Of a stretch of DNA of 64,000 nucleotides, positions 36,501 through 48,893 are shown in pieces (position 1 is the stretch's first letter; every line of letters begins with the position of its first letter). The DNA is taken from positions 2,728,001 to 2,792,000 of the forward strand of contig NEEC01000012.1 of NCBI GenBank assembly GCA_002189035.1, in the 5' to 3' direction. Source of the DNA: Utricularia gibba. Lineage: Eukaryota > Plantae > Magnoliophyta. The translations under genes were made by a program, and so were the position numbers. Under the pieces are notes generated by a model. It did no database searches, was not told where the DNA came from, and saw only the letters and a list, made by a program, of their open reading frames with translations.

Positions 36501-38212
36501 TTTTTTGTGCTTATCCTTGATTTTGTGTTTTTTAATAAAAAGAATCCTCCCTAACATAGTTATTTAACTTTGTAGAAATTTATTTTCTTCATTAACAATT
36601 TTAGCCGTTTAGATCCTTAACAGTTGTGAAGATAGTTTTCATTAGAAGGTACTCTCAAACATTAGTTGCTATAATGAATGTCCCTATTCTTATCATTTAA
36701 TGCCTTGCAGTTGTGCATGGAAGGACTCGGTCATTGGTTGAGAGGTTTGAAAGAAAGGAAAATGCTGTTATAAATGAAATGTGCACCACTAGCACTTCAA
36801 CTTTATCGTCTGAGTCCATGCATTCATCTCCATCCCAGGTCCAACAATAATCTTATTTTTTATTTTTTTTGAGTTGTTTCTTTGATTTACCTCTGCCAAA
36901 TTTAAAGTGTTCGAGTTTAAGGAATGCAAAGTCTATTTAATGCGTTCAAGTGATGGTTGGAGGAATAATTTGTATTTCCAGAGTTTCTCTTCTGTGAATA
37001 CGTTGCTGTAATTCCCCTACTTTTTTATGCCATCTCCACGTCTGCATATGTTGGAAATCTTTGCTTCAAGTTTTTCTTACCCAGCAGAGGCATTTCATGC
37101 CCCATTTCTCATTGCCCGCATTTTTTAAAATGATATTATGGGTATTATGCTACAGCTAGCTGATCCACAAAACATGAGGATCGAGCAAGATGATGAAAAT
37201 GCTCTAATCAAGAGCATGATGCTGAATCATGAAACACTATTAAGTACATTTCAGTCACGATTGACAAAGTTACAGGTAGCTTTCAATGAAGAGAAAGTTG
37301 TTTAAAGTATTCTTTCTTCCCAAATATGTTCACTTCATTTTTTTTCATCTCAATTACGCTCACTTGGTTGTTGTACTCTTCAGGTTATACGACATTTCTG
37401 GGAAAAGAATGACATTAACGGTGCAATAAAAGCTCTGAGAAAGTTGCCTGATCATTCTGTGGGTGTAACCTGCCAAAAATGTATCATTTCTTCAGTTTCT
37501 TAATTTTTTAATGAATTCCTACGATTCATACATTTGATGCAGATACAGGCGGATGTAGTTGGGATACTGGTCCAGAAGAAGGAGATTATAACGCTGGACC
37601 TCTTTTCTTGCTTACTTCCAATGCTTGAAGGACTAATTTTTAGCACAGTGGAAAGGTGACTTCTCATTCTGATTCTTCGTTTCGTAAGAGTTTTCCCACT
37701 GTTAGTTATCTGAAGGTTTTCATCACTCCTCAAGTCTCTTTTCCTGATTTTCGTTTTGCATTTCCCTGGCACTAGGCATGCCACCGTTTCACTGGAGATG
37801 CTTCTGAAGTTGGTGGCAGTCTTTGGTGCAGTAGTTCGTGCAACAGTTTCATCACCTCCGCTAGTTGGAGTTGATCTTCATGCTGAAGAGAGGTGATCTA
37901 TCTACCTGATATCCATATGCGTTGATTGATTCCCTGTCCTACAGAACATTCCACGTTCTCTTCTCTACCCCGGTTGATCGTCGTGCTGCATTGTCTTACA
38001 TGTTTAGGCTCGAATGCTGCAAGAAATGTGATTCCCATTTGCGGAGCATACAACAGATCCTTCCAAAGCTTATGAAGTGAGTCCCTTGATACCAGTTGCT
38101 TCATAGCATTGCCATCGAGACCTGGAAGAATAATGCTTTTTCTTTCTGCAGGAGGGATGGTGATGTTGCGAAATATGCACAACAACTGAACATCATTCTC
38201 CAACAATCGTAG
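33582..38212 (+). CDS. KTN80: Katanin p80 WD40 regulatory subunit
   Basis: MAKRGYKL|[15 protein letters not shown]40 repeats ([31 protein letters not shown]..) and a C-terminal con80 region ([16 protein letters not shown]..). TAG at 38210-38212. Confidence 0.95.
33607..34006 (+). other. Probable U12-type (minor spliceosome) GT-AG intron, KTN80 intron 1
   Basis: 5' site GTATCCTC; branch-like GCTTGAC at 33989-33995, ~12 nt before the AG at 34005-34006; no polypyrimidine tract. Splicing restores KL-Q-EFVAH. Confidence 0.8.
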
Positions 38213-38517
38213 CTCCGAATGTGTAAACTCAAGGGGTTGCTCTTACATGTTACAGTAAAACGGCACACGAATAGCATCGACCTAAAGGGGCATGGCATGC
38301 TACGGTACACATGTGATGCTTTTTTTTGATTGCACCAAGTCTTGATCTTGCATATAGCTATAGTTGAATGTGAAGAATGAAGATGCATTGGCATTCATTC
38401 ATTTTGTGAAGAATGAAGAAAAATGGAACCTTATACCATAAATCATGTTCATTCTGATTTCTGAAAAGGAAGAAATGCCCGTACGGTGCATGGATATGTT
38501 TTGTTACTTCAGAAGCA

Positions 38518-41500
38518 TCATAAACTCGTGTATTGGAAATAATCCTCATCGGCTTCTAGTGCTTCTTCTTCTTGCCCCTCCTCCTTGGATAGGACTTCAC
38601 TTGGAACAGCATATCCATTCTCTCCTTCGTTCTCCTCTTCGTTTGCTTCTTCATCCTTCATCAGGCATTGCAGCAGGCAAACAGATTAAGTGGTACAGGC
38701 GTTTTAAAAGGGAAAAAGAAAAGAAATGTTAGCAGCAGTAGCAGCATATCAGATGACTTGGCTTACATTAGCTTGTGAGAAACTCCTCTCTTCCATTTCA
38801 CTATCTTCCTTCTCAGCATGCCGATTTTCCTCAGCAGCCACTTTCTTTAAACGCTCAATCACATTTTTGAAATGGAAGTGATCTGCAAAAACGAGCAGTA
38901 ACACTGCAACACACCATTTTTTTTTTCCAAAAAGAATGCCTCATAGCAAGACAACTTGATATCAATGTGGTAGTACACTTCGCCATTTCTTCCAAGGAAG
39001 AATTTGATGAGTATTCATTGTTTAGTCCCAATGTAAACGAGAAATGGATAGAAGTACAACAAGCATAACAGATTTAGGTGCCGTGCAACACTGAAGCAAA
39101 ATAAGTCTTGATAGACTAAGGTTACCTTTGGAACGGCTAGAAAGAGCCTGCTGAAGCCTCATCGGGTGCCGCTTTTCTTCCTTCTTGTATTTCAACTTTA
39201 TCTGATGGCGAGTAAGCTCTGGGAAAAGCTGCTGTATCATTGAAAAATCGGTTCCAAATTGCTGCACAGCCTGTTCAAAAAGTAACTTCACATTAGGACC
39301 ATTCAAAAGAAGTGTAGCCTGGGAGGACGGTGGCCAGAGTCCAATAGCGCTATCCTTTTAAACCACAGCCAAAAGAGTGGTCACGTTTAGCAAGAAATGC
39401 ACCTCGTAAAATAATTCAGTGTCTCTTTTGGACCATTGGATGGTACGGGGTTTGTTCATATAGGTCTGGTAATTGAAGTAGAGAGTTGTATCTCGAAGGT
39501 CAGGGTTTTCTTGAGCGTCAGGGTTCTCGCCTTCTACACGAGAGGCTCCATTCTCACTGTGGATATTTGAAGTATTAGCATTGCAAGAGAAGAATATACA
39601 GAAACCAACCATATACAGAAATCAGTTTCACGAGAAAAGAAAGATAAATACTAGCGACAATCTGCCCACCTCCCCCTTTACCCACGATGGCCTTGAAAAA
39701 GTCCACAACGAATTCAAAACCATTGCTTAGGTCCTTTTTTTTAGGAAAAAAAAAACATTGTAAAAGACCAAAAGAAGCTAATCCGTCTTCTACAACTTGT
39801 TGAAACAATTTTCCTGTTTTTGAAACTCAAGACTTTGAGCGCATGACTTTTTTTTATGCCAAACGAGATCAGTCAATAAAAGAACTCGCCCAACTAATCT
39901 GCGAAAGGATAAAGTATTTTCTACCTGTTTCTGATTTGTGATACTCCAGTTTCAGCCTGTTCTTTTTTCTACACAAAGTTGTAAAACATACATGTTAGCA
40001 ATTATGGTCACTGCTTGATGTCCAAGATAGGGCAAAATATAGCAAATGTGGCCCAAACCGATGTTCAAATACCATCTGCTTTTCCTTGTGCTCTGCCAGC
40101 AAAATGATATCCCTAAGAGGAATATTTTGATAGTCGATCTCTTCTTCAGGAATTTCAAGCAAAGCCTTGTTCACTGCATCAAAAATATTGCAATTAGTTC
40201 ACAATAAAATGTGGCTTAAAACTTTAAAAATTGATAAATACCTCGTCTTCTCCTGGTGGAATGGGGAAATCTTTTTGGCTTTTGATTTGTGACTGGAGTT
40301 GCTTCATCAGGCTTCTTGCGTTTTGCAGCTGTTAGCCCCTTATCATTAGCATGCTTTGTAGAAGAGTGAATTGACTTCCTGTTTTCCTCATTTTCCAACT
40401 GATATTCTGTATCAATTGAGTTTCCCTCCTCCACAATCCTGGGGAGGCACTCACCTGATACCTCCAAACTAGCTAGAACTTCATCATCAAGTTCATCTAC
40501 TAATCTGATTGGTTGACTTTTTCTTCTTAAGGATCCAACAATTTCTTTATCCTGAGGACCTGCTGAAGCAATTTGCTCCTGAGAATGATCTAACCTCTCT
40601 TCCTCGTTCCAAACTCTATCATTTGCATGTCCAGAATCCTAGCAGATACGAAGAAAATTATAATCGAACTCCAAGATATGGAAAGCATATAATGTTCCAA
40701 ATTAGTATTACATATCCCATGACATCTTCACCGGTCAGAAGGTCAGTAAATCCTAGAGCTGAAAGATCAAGAACATCATCCTGTTGAAGTGTAGAAATTG
40801 AATCCTTCACAGCTTCATTAATTTCATATGGATTAGGAGAGCATGAAATGGGCTCGGTAGCTTCACATGTCTCTTCACGCATTCTCACATCCAACCCAAT
40901 CTGAAATCCTCCAGCTATGCGCCCTGAAAAACAAGGACTATTAACAACTTGAGTATTGAGATGCAACAGTTATTCAAAACATGAAACATTAAGTAGAATA
41001 CCAGAATCAGATGCTGACTCTTTCAAACACACCGATCTCAAGACTTCCATCTCCTGCAGCCAAGAAAATCAGCAATTACAAACGCATTCTCCCATTGACA
41101 GCAGATGACAATGCAATATTGGTTAGCAAAATTTACTCCTGTTGTCAGTTCTTGGATGTCTGTCTTGCTATATCCCACGCAACTTGAAGCAAGAGATTCA
41201 CCCAAGTTAAGGGCATCAGCCTCTCCTGTTACCATTTAGGTAAATTTAAGAATAGTAACCCTTCAGCCTGTGGTGATACAAAGTAGCATAAAAGATCAAA
41301 GCTACACATACCTGTTCCTAGTCCCCTGAGGCCCGAGTCATTAACCACAACTGATTCAGAAGGGGGGATATTTGCTTCTGCCACAAAAAGGGAATGTGTT
41401 ACATAAAACTGCCAGATGGTCCAATTATTGTCTTACAGTTGCATGAGTATTGGAACGAAGGTATTTATCTCTTACCCAAGTTAGTAGCATCAGGGCGAAA

Positions 41501-42075
41501 ATCAACATGTTTTTCCAAGCCAATAAATAATTCAGAAGTCTAAAAGAAAGGAAATTCACAGATCAGCACGCTCAAAAGAAAGGAAATCCAATTAGAGTCC
41601 CTCCCCCCTACACCCTACCGCAATAAAAAAGGAGGCATTTTATTTACCATCCCCACCGATTTTTCAGTAGAAATGTTCTGCCCTCTGTTTTCCCCTGGCG
41701 CCAAATTATTACCTAAAATCACCCAAAAAAAATGCTACTTTCATGAAAAGGAAAACATTTTTGGAAATCATGAAATAGTACATAAATATGGAACTAACTT
41801 GCATTTACTGTCTCAGTTGCAGTTGGGACATTTTCCGGTGTACTCTGTGGTTGTGATTTAGACAGTGAAGCAGGAGCCACCGGTTTTCTACCTGGTCGGA
41901 ACTTTGCCTTTGGCTGGAACTTACTTGTTCCCTTAGCTGCAAAAGGATTGCATTTCGCTATTTGAATAAAATTGGGGACAAGTGTCATTCATGGCACACA
42001 AGTAGAAATCCACTTTCTACCATTATTTGCTGCTTCGCCAGTAATGTCATCAAATGGATCCACATCGATATCCAT
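38518..42075 (-). CDS. BDP1: RNA polymerase III transcription factor TFIIIB component B'' (SANT/Myb domain)
   Basis: MDIDVDPFDDI..KFQPKAK N-terminus. SANT region YMNKPRTIQWSKRDTELFYE|AVQQFGTDFSMIQQLFPELTRHQIKLKYKKEEKRHP. Acidic end ..EDYFQYTSL*. Middle exons not all traced. Confidence 0.88.
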
Positions 42076-43425
42076 AACAAGATAGCAGGAATAACCGGAC
42101 TACCTCTGCAATCACTACCCAGATTCACCAAAAAGAAAGCGTGAGGAATAATATAATAACATCCAGAATGTACACAAAAAATCACATTAATACAAACCTA
42201 ATTGGCAATGACAATCAACAGCTCAACTCAGACACATGGCTCCTGAAATTTATATCCCTGCTTCCATAGAAAAATCAATCGCAATCACCGATAGAAAAAA
42301 CCTTGTAAGAGACACCAAAAAGAAAAAATAATTCGTAGATATCTTCTAATTTCTTTACCTTTACTCGTCTGTGTTTGCTTCACTATATCGAGACTTAGAA
42401 AAAGTCACCCCGGCTCAGGTAGTCGTGTTACTGGGTATACGGATGCACCCAAAGCTAATCGAGGAAGCAGAAAGAGTGAGCCGCGTGCGTGATTAGTAAC
42501 GAAGCTGATCCAAAAATCAAAGTACAAACGACCCAACATAACATGGAACACAAGCAAATCCTGATCATTCCAGAAAATAAAAATAATGCCATCTTAGCCG
42601 GAAAACCCCAAGTATTAAACCATAAGAAAAAAAAAAAAAGGAATTTGAGTACTTCCTCACCGGAAAACTATGGGTTAAGCTAAGCTGGCTTGAAAAGGAA
42701 TAACATCGAAAGCACGCATGGAGAAAAAGGAAGACGTGGTGGACGTCTCACTCCTCAGTATACAGAAAAGCACATACCGAGAAAAATGTCTCCCGGAGTA
42801 CTTGCGTCACCTGCAGTGCGATTCCGTTGGTGTTGGTCCGTTGGAGGAAAACTTCATCGACGAATCTCAACAATGGAGAAGAAAGTATTTGGGTTGGGCT
42901 TCCTTTCGAGCCCAGCAGCAAAACTCGAGTCGATTCACCATTCGCGCCACCGGTTCGACCGGTGAGATTCGAACCAAGCATTGGAGGATCGACCCGGTTC
43001 AGCTCCGCATCTTGTGACTATTAATAATAATTAATTTAAAGTTGAAAATTATGGAAATAAAAATTTTATTATTTCCATAAATTTTCAAATAAAATGATAC
43101 ATGGAAATAAAATTTATTTATATTAAACGTGATATGAATTAGGAAATAAAAATAGGAGAAATATCTATTAATAAGCAGCCACCTCTCTTCGTCCTCGGAA
43201 ATCGCTATCGGCCGCTTGTTGGATTGATCTCCGACCGCTATTTTACAGTCGGCGCCTCAACAAAAACTTGGGCATCTTCTCTCCGATTCCTTGTTTGGGT
43301 TCTTCGATTTCATCTTCCCCCCCGAATTAAACCAGGAGTTCATCGGTTGATACGATCTTTCATCGAAAAGGGCGGGGAGGTGCTGAAATTCGAGGATCTG
43401 GAACCCTTGCTTGTTGCCCACGGCA

Positions 43426-43890
43426 ATGGCGGAAGAAAAGCAATGGCAAGAACACGAAACCCTCAAGCCCTGCGCCATGAACTGCGGATTCTTCGGTAGT
43501 CCGACGACAATGAACCTCTGTTCTAAATGCTACACGGATCATCGTGCACGGGAGCAACACATCGACGTAGCGCGTGTCGCATTCGAAACCTCTATGCCCC
43601 AATTGAAGCTAGACTCGTCGCTGTCTGCAGCATCCGCGGCGTCTCCGTCGGTATGTGAATCCGTGGCGTCGGGCGGGATGAAAGGAAGACATCCGCGATC
43701 GGGGAGATGCGCGTCGTGTAGGAAGCGCGTGGGGTTAACGGGATTCAGGTGCCGATGTGGGGATACATTTTGCGGGACACATCGATACCCGGAAAGGCAC
43801 GGCTGCCGATTCGATTACAAGGCGGCGGGGAAGGTTCAGATCGCCAAGGCGAATCCGGTGGTGAAGGCTTCCAAGCTCCATAAGATCTAA
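43426..43890 (+). CDS. A20/AN1 zinc finger stress-associated protein (SAP), intronless
   Basis: A20 finger CAMNCGFFGSPTTMNLCSKC and AN1 finger CASCRKRVGLTGFRCRCGDTFCGTHRYPERHGC; ends NPVVKASKLHKI*. Confidence 0.95.
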   Translation: MAEEKQWQEHETLKPCAMNCGFFGSPTTMNLCSKCYTDHRAREQHIDVARVAFETSMPQLKLDSSLSAASAASPSVCESVASGGMKGRHPRSGRCASCRKRVGLTGFRCRCGDTFCGTHRYPERHGCRFDYKAAGKVQIAKANPVVKASKLHKI

Positions 43891-44402
43891 ATACTGACTG
43901 TATTTTCTTCTGTTATTTCTTTTTTTTTTAGATTTTATCCAATCAAATTCGCATTTCTGATTAATTAGCTCGATTTTTTTTAACTCATATTAAAAATAAA
44001 AATAAATAAATCAATTATAATCCTAAAAATGATTTATGTTTTATTTGATTTTAATTCTTGAAAATATTTTTTAAAACAATAATAAATGTTTCTAAATTTA
44101 TATTTGGTTTAAAATGCAAACTCGGTCGAGTTGAATCTGGGTTGGGATTTAACCATGGTTGGGTAAGGTGGCGGGCCCAGATTGTCACCATTCTCCCACG
44201 ACCCGTCGTTTCTTCTTCAAATCCCAATCTGCAGATTCCCTTTGTTTTCCTTTCCATGGTTGCCGTGATGTGGATCAATTTGACCGGAGTTTGCTGAACT
44301 GGATCCGTTCATCCCCTCGGGCTTCAGCTGAATTTGATGATTCTTCGTCTCTGCTGTTGTTTCGACTCTGGCTATCTTCTACCCGTAAAGTAGTCAGTAT
44401 AC

Positions 44403-46183
44403 ATGGAAGGGTCTTCTACGGCGCCGTCGGCCGCGACTGAGGATGGCCCAGAGTCTTGGGAGGCTGTTGATGTCGAGGCCAGTATGCGCCGCCTCTTGCT
44501 TTCTTCTAGGAAGGAGCCCAAGGATGAGGCCGATGCGGCTGCGGGATCCGATTCTGGTGTTCCCGTGACTAAAGCCTCGAAACCAGCGGATGATTTGATC
44601 AACACGGTGGATCAGTTTCTTCGTGAAGCGATTCAAAATCCGCGGGAGCGTGTCTCTGGTGAGTGTTTGTGATTCCCCCTTTTTCTTCCTTGTTCTCTTT
44701 GTTGTTCACATGTCTGGTGCTTGGGTGCAACGTGCCATGTTTTGTGTTAGCTGGTTCAGTAGGAGGCGAAAATTAGGGTTCTTATTTTCCTGATATGTCA
44801 AGTTGTTCTTGAGCATTATCCCGAAGAAAGTATTTATCCTTATGTGCGTCATCTTCAGTGCTGAGACTGGAGCAGGATGTTGAGATGTTCATTCGGGATC
44901 CTACCAGGGAGGTGATGGAGTTCCAGCAACTGCCCACTTCGTACCTGCGGTTGGCTGCTCATCGTGTGGCACAGCATTACTCGCTGCAGTCCATGGTGTT
45001 GATGGATAATAATATGCCTGATGGTTGTGGATCAAGAATCATTGTTCAAAAGACTTCGAATATTAAGCTTCCGTTGATTCGCCTGGCCGACATCCCGGTA
45101 AATCTACCTTCAGATGACACAGGTGCAATTAAAGTTGCAATCAAGCAGAGGCAACAAAAGGGCACAGATAGCAGTGCCTCTTCGAGCTCGCTCCCAGTGA
45201 GATCAAATAGTATGAGGAGTGTCGAGGAAAGGAAAGAGGAGTATAATAGGGCTCGGGCGAGAATATTTAACTCCAGCAGCTCATCTGGGGGTACCTCTGC
45301 GAAACAGGAAAGTGATCCTAGGAATCAAGATAGCATCCATCGTGGTTCATCAGTCAAGAAAAAGGCAGATGGGAAAACTCTTCCTTGTGCCTCGAGTTCG
45401 ACTGCAGCCACAAATGTGTCTGAATTTTCTTCTTCAAGCAGCAGAGCACCTGGACGCCAAACGGAAAAGGAGTCAAGTGGAAGGCCAAAGGTGAATAATA
45501 GGGTTGCCATCTTTCGTGATCATGAAGTCGATCGGAAAGATCCTGATTATAGCAGGACATATGATAGGTGTGTGATCTGCATCCTTTTACTCCTGCTTTA
45601 TTTTCGGTCTGTTGGTGACTGTTGAATGATCTGCAATTCATCATAGCTAATATGGATATGATTTTGTAGATACATGCAGAGATTTGATCCAGGTTTCGGT
45701 TTCAATGGTGGACCCTATGCCATACAGCCTCTGTATACACCTGTGTTTAACTACAATACGGAGTTTCCACAGCTTGGTTCAAATCACGGGCCCCCTATTT
45801 CGACTGAACACCAACATCAATCTCTTCCCCATCACCTACCTGGAGCATGGGTTTCACCATCTGCTCCCAGTGGCATTGTGTACGGCTCTGCCGATGGCAT
45901 GCTTTCCCCATTCAGCTCTGGCCATATCAGTCCACACTCCAACTCTGCTCTCTACTTGAATTCTACTCAGTACCCTGCTCAGCAGTCTGGAATGCCGCCA
46001 TATGTCCAACCTCTTGATCCAATCCACCGGCCATTTACTCAGGCAAGAGATTTTTCACTTTTTTTGGCTGTCTGCAACTTTAAACCTATGAGGAACTAAC
46101 TGAAAAAAATTCTGGCCGTGTTTTATGTTCAGTCTCATCAGGCACCAACTGACATGAGTTTTGGATTTGCCCGGCCCCGGTAA
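44403..46183 (+). CDS. R3H/SUZ domain RNA-binding protein (Encore-like)
   Basis: Exons 44403-44658, 44859-45567, 45670-46042, 46133-46183. R3H motif SYLRLAAHRVAQHY; SUZ motif RSVEERKEEYNRARARIF. Confidence 0.92.
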
Positions 46184-46900
46184 GGGGTCGGGCATGCCTG
46201 CACCACCCTAGCAGTAACCCTTCAGGACTTGGGCTGGTTCCTTCTGCTAGGGCAGCGTGTTGACCCAGTTAGCTGAGGTGCAGGCATCAGAACTGGGATG
46301 AGCGCTGAGCAGGACAGGCGCACTTGATCGTCATTACTCTTTTTGCCTGTTCAGTAAGTCTCTACTCGCTAAGTATCCTTGCTGCAACACAGTTTTATTG
46401 CAATATCTCAAACGAGTTATTTCCATCTCCTTCCCCACGCAGTGCTTGCGCTCATGACGATGACGACTATGAACCCCGGATGAGGAAAGCAGCGGAGCTT
46501 GTAATCAATGCTCGTAGGTTGCGCTCGGTATGCCTTGTTACTCATGTTTTTCATTGCCAGCAAACTCTGAAGTCCCCATTGTTGCTTAGCATTCTTGTGT
46601 TGTCTTATTTTCAGAACCATCCTGTGCTGCAAAAATGTTGAATAATGCAATATAGGGGAAGCTGCCGGCTCGATGTAGCCATGATCTTGGACTTTTGGCT
46701 GTCGACCTTTGTGTCTCTTTAGCATGTTTGAGTTGATTTTCACTTGAAAACTGCAGTCCTGTCTGCGTCCAATGCTCATTAAGATCATTCGAACTATTAA
46801 TAGGCTTGGTTTCTCACTTGAGCCATCATTCACCAACCAGAAAACTCATTTCTTCAGTTCCAAATTCGAAGACAAATACCACCGGAGACGATCACAGTAC

Positions 46901-47047
46901 CGTCTGATTGCACCGAGCAGGTGAAGCATTTTGAATGCGGCCAACGCCGCTGTAGCTTAGCCGGCGACTGAAACTTCTATCATCACCGGCAGATAAAAAT
47001 GGAGGAAAATTGCAGAGGAGTCGAGCAATGGCGATGGCTTCCATCAT
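46901..47047 (-). other. Orphan first-exon-like ORF (49 codons) with transit-peptide-like composition
   Basis: MMEAIAIARLLCNFPPFLSAGDDRSFSRRLSYSGVGRIQNASPARCNQT followed by a GTACTG donor and T-rich sequence. No recognisable downstream exon. Confidence 0.3.
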
Positions 47048-47385
47048 CTGATTGAATTGAAAATAATGAACAGAACTTATTTTCTTTGGGGTCCCCTCAG
47101 ATTTCTTATTTATATTTCGGCCCCATTAGTTGCTCAAAATGCAGGCGGCGATCCGGGAACCGACTCGTCTTCGGTTCGTTCGTTCTCCGGCTGCCATAGC
47201 ACGCGGATCTCCGCCGAGTGGTTCAATCTATTCAGAAGGGTTAGTATAGTTTTAATTTTCGCGTTCATCTTCCATCTTCTGCTCACTCCCTCCCGGATCT
47301 GGGAATTTAGGGCTAAATTTCTCTAGTATGTTTGTTGGAAAATTTGTTTCTCTGATTACCGATCGCAGCCTGTTCCAGATCCAGT

Positions 47386-47856
47386 ATGTTTGCTCGAAAT
47401 TTGTGCCTTGCGCTATTCGTTCTGAGTTTACACGGAATAATCCAAGGAGAGGAGGCTAAAGAATGCGAAGATCTAGGGTTCACAGGGCAGGCCCTTTGCT
47501 CAGACTGCCATGTCTTTGGCGAATACGTCTCCGATCAAGAACTGGTATCCGATTGCTTGAAGTGTTGCACTGAGGACTCCGATGATGCTCTGGGCAAAGT
47601 CGTCTATTCAGGCGCGATCTTAGAGGTTTGCATGCGCAAACTGGTTTTTTACTCGGATGTCGCTGGATTCATCGAAGAAGAGAAGGATAACTTCCCGCTG
47701 CTGAAAGTTCAGTATGCCTACAGTTCTCCTCCGAAGCTCTTGATGCTGGATGAAGATGGTGAAGTGAAGGAAAGCATCAGAATCGATAACTGGAAAAGAG
47801 AGCATATACGGCAGTTTCTCAGGGAGAAGGTTAAAGGAGGAGCATCTGCCGTATAA
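47386..47856 (+). CDS. SEP15: Sep15/selenoprotein F-like ER thioredoxin-fold protein (Cys form, no Sec)
   Basis: Signal-peptide-like N-terminus, CEDLGFTGQALCSDC, CLKCC, EVCMRKL, SPPKLLML, IRIDNWK. Single 156-aa ORF. Confidence 0.93.
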   Translation: MFARNLCLALFVLSLHGIIQGEEAKECEDLGFTGQALCSDCHVFGEYVSDQELVSDCLKCCTEDSDDALGKVVYSGAILEVCMRKLVFYSDVAGFIEEEKDNFPLLKVQYAYSSPPKLLMLDEDGEVKESIRIDNWKREHIRQFLREKVKGGASAV

Positions 47857-48893
47857 CCGCCGCGAAAATCCGCTGCTCTATGGGAAAATTTTCAGTTTTT
47901 GAGTATTTTAAATTTACTTTAATTAAATCATATTTGAATTATTTTAATCATGAATTTAAAATCGGATTGAATTCAATAAAATTGTCATTAAATTAACTTG
48001 AAAGTGAATTCCCTGCGCGAATTTGTAATTTTCATTTTTCATTTTTTTATGAATTTAATTCGAAAGCACGGTGTAATATATAAATGTCATAAAATAATTC
48101 ATTAATGTAATAAAGAAGAAAAAAAAAAGCGCAGCTAAAATTTACAACACGTTTTCTCTCTGGCGGCTCGCTCGTATTGTCTCTCTACGTTCTTCCCACC
48201 GGCCCACCCCATCGGCTGTATGATCGATCCGGCGATCGATGAATGCAGGTCTTTCTGTTTGACTTTTATTCAAGTTTTTATGATATAGTTGTGCCAGTAC
48301 GTGTAGAATTCTTCTAATATCGATGAATTACGGAGTTGATAAACCCTAGTTTTGAATTTGGGCTTGATGAGGATTTGATCTATTCGGATCATTATTTCAT
48401 GACTCTTGTGTTTTTTATTTTTATTCTGTGATGCTTTATGGCGCCCGATGGTGTTATTTTTGGGAATTTGCCCTTGTAACTACTTTTCAGTTGGGTAGAG
48501 TAAGCCACTTCGAAAAAGTTGTAGTATGTTAATTTGTGTTTCAAAATTCAGCTTTGTATTGTGGTGGTGTTCGAGGGTATTGTTGTTTTGGAAGGAGTTT
48601 CTACAGGAAGGTGGATTTTGAAGATAATGGCATTTTCTTATTATTTTCGAATTGTTTCTTCATTCTGCTTGCTTTTTTTTTTCAAAAAAAAACGTCTACA
48701 GAAAAGAGGATTTCACAGATGTTAGCTGTTTCGCTATTATTATTATTAACTCTTTTTTAATATTGTTAAATCTATCTTGATGACCACAGTACTTAATGTT
48801 TGTGCACATTCGAAGTTTCAGATTATAGCTTCTATTGTAAAGGGAAACAAATAGTGCATCTTGTTACCAAGACATGCAATTTCCATCCTCGTA

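Noticed and set aside
42940-42980. GGTTCGA T-loop-like motifs
   Set aside because: No cloverleaf, A-box or acceptor stem.
42718-43017. 99-aa plus-strand ORF (MEKKEDVVD...)
   Set aside because: It lies antisense to what looks like the BDP1 5'UTR exon and intron (minus-strand CAG|GTGACG donor at ~42809) and has no recognisable motif.
46373-46380. GTATCCTT, a U12 donor consensus
   Set aside because: No CCTTRAC-like branch site before the nearby acceptors, and a canonical GTAAGT donor lies 19 nt upstream.
47386-47856. Possible selenoprotein (Sec recoding)
   Set aside because: No in-frame TGA; the motif is CMRK as in other land-plant homologs.
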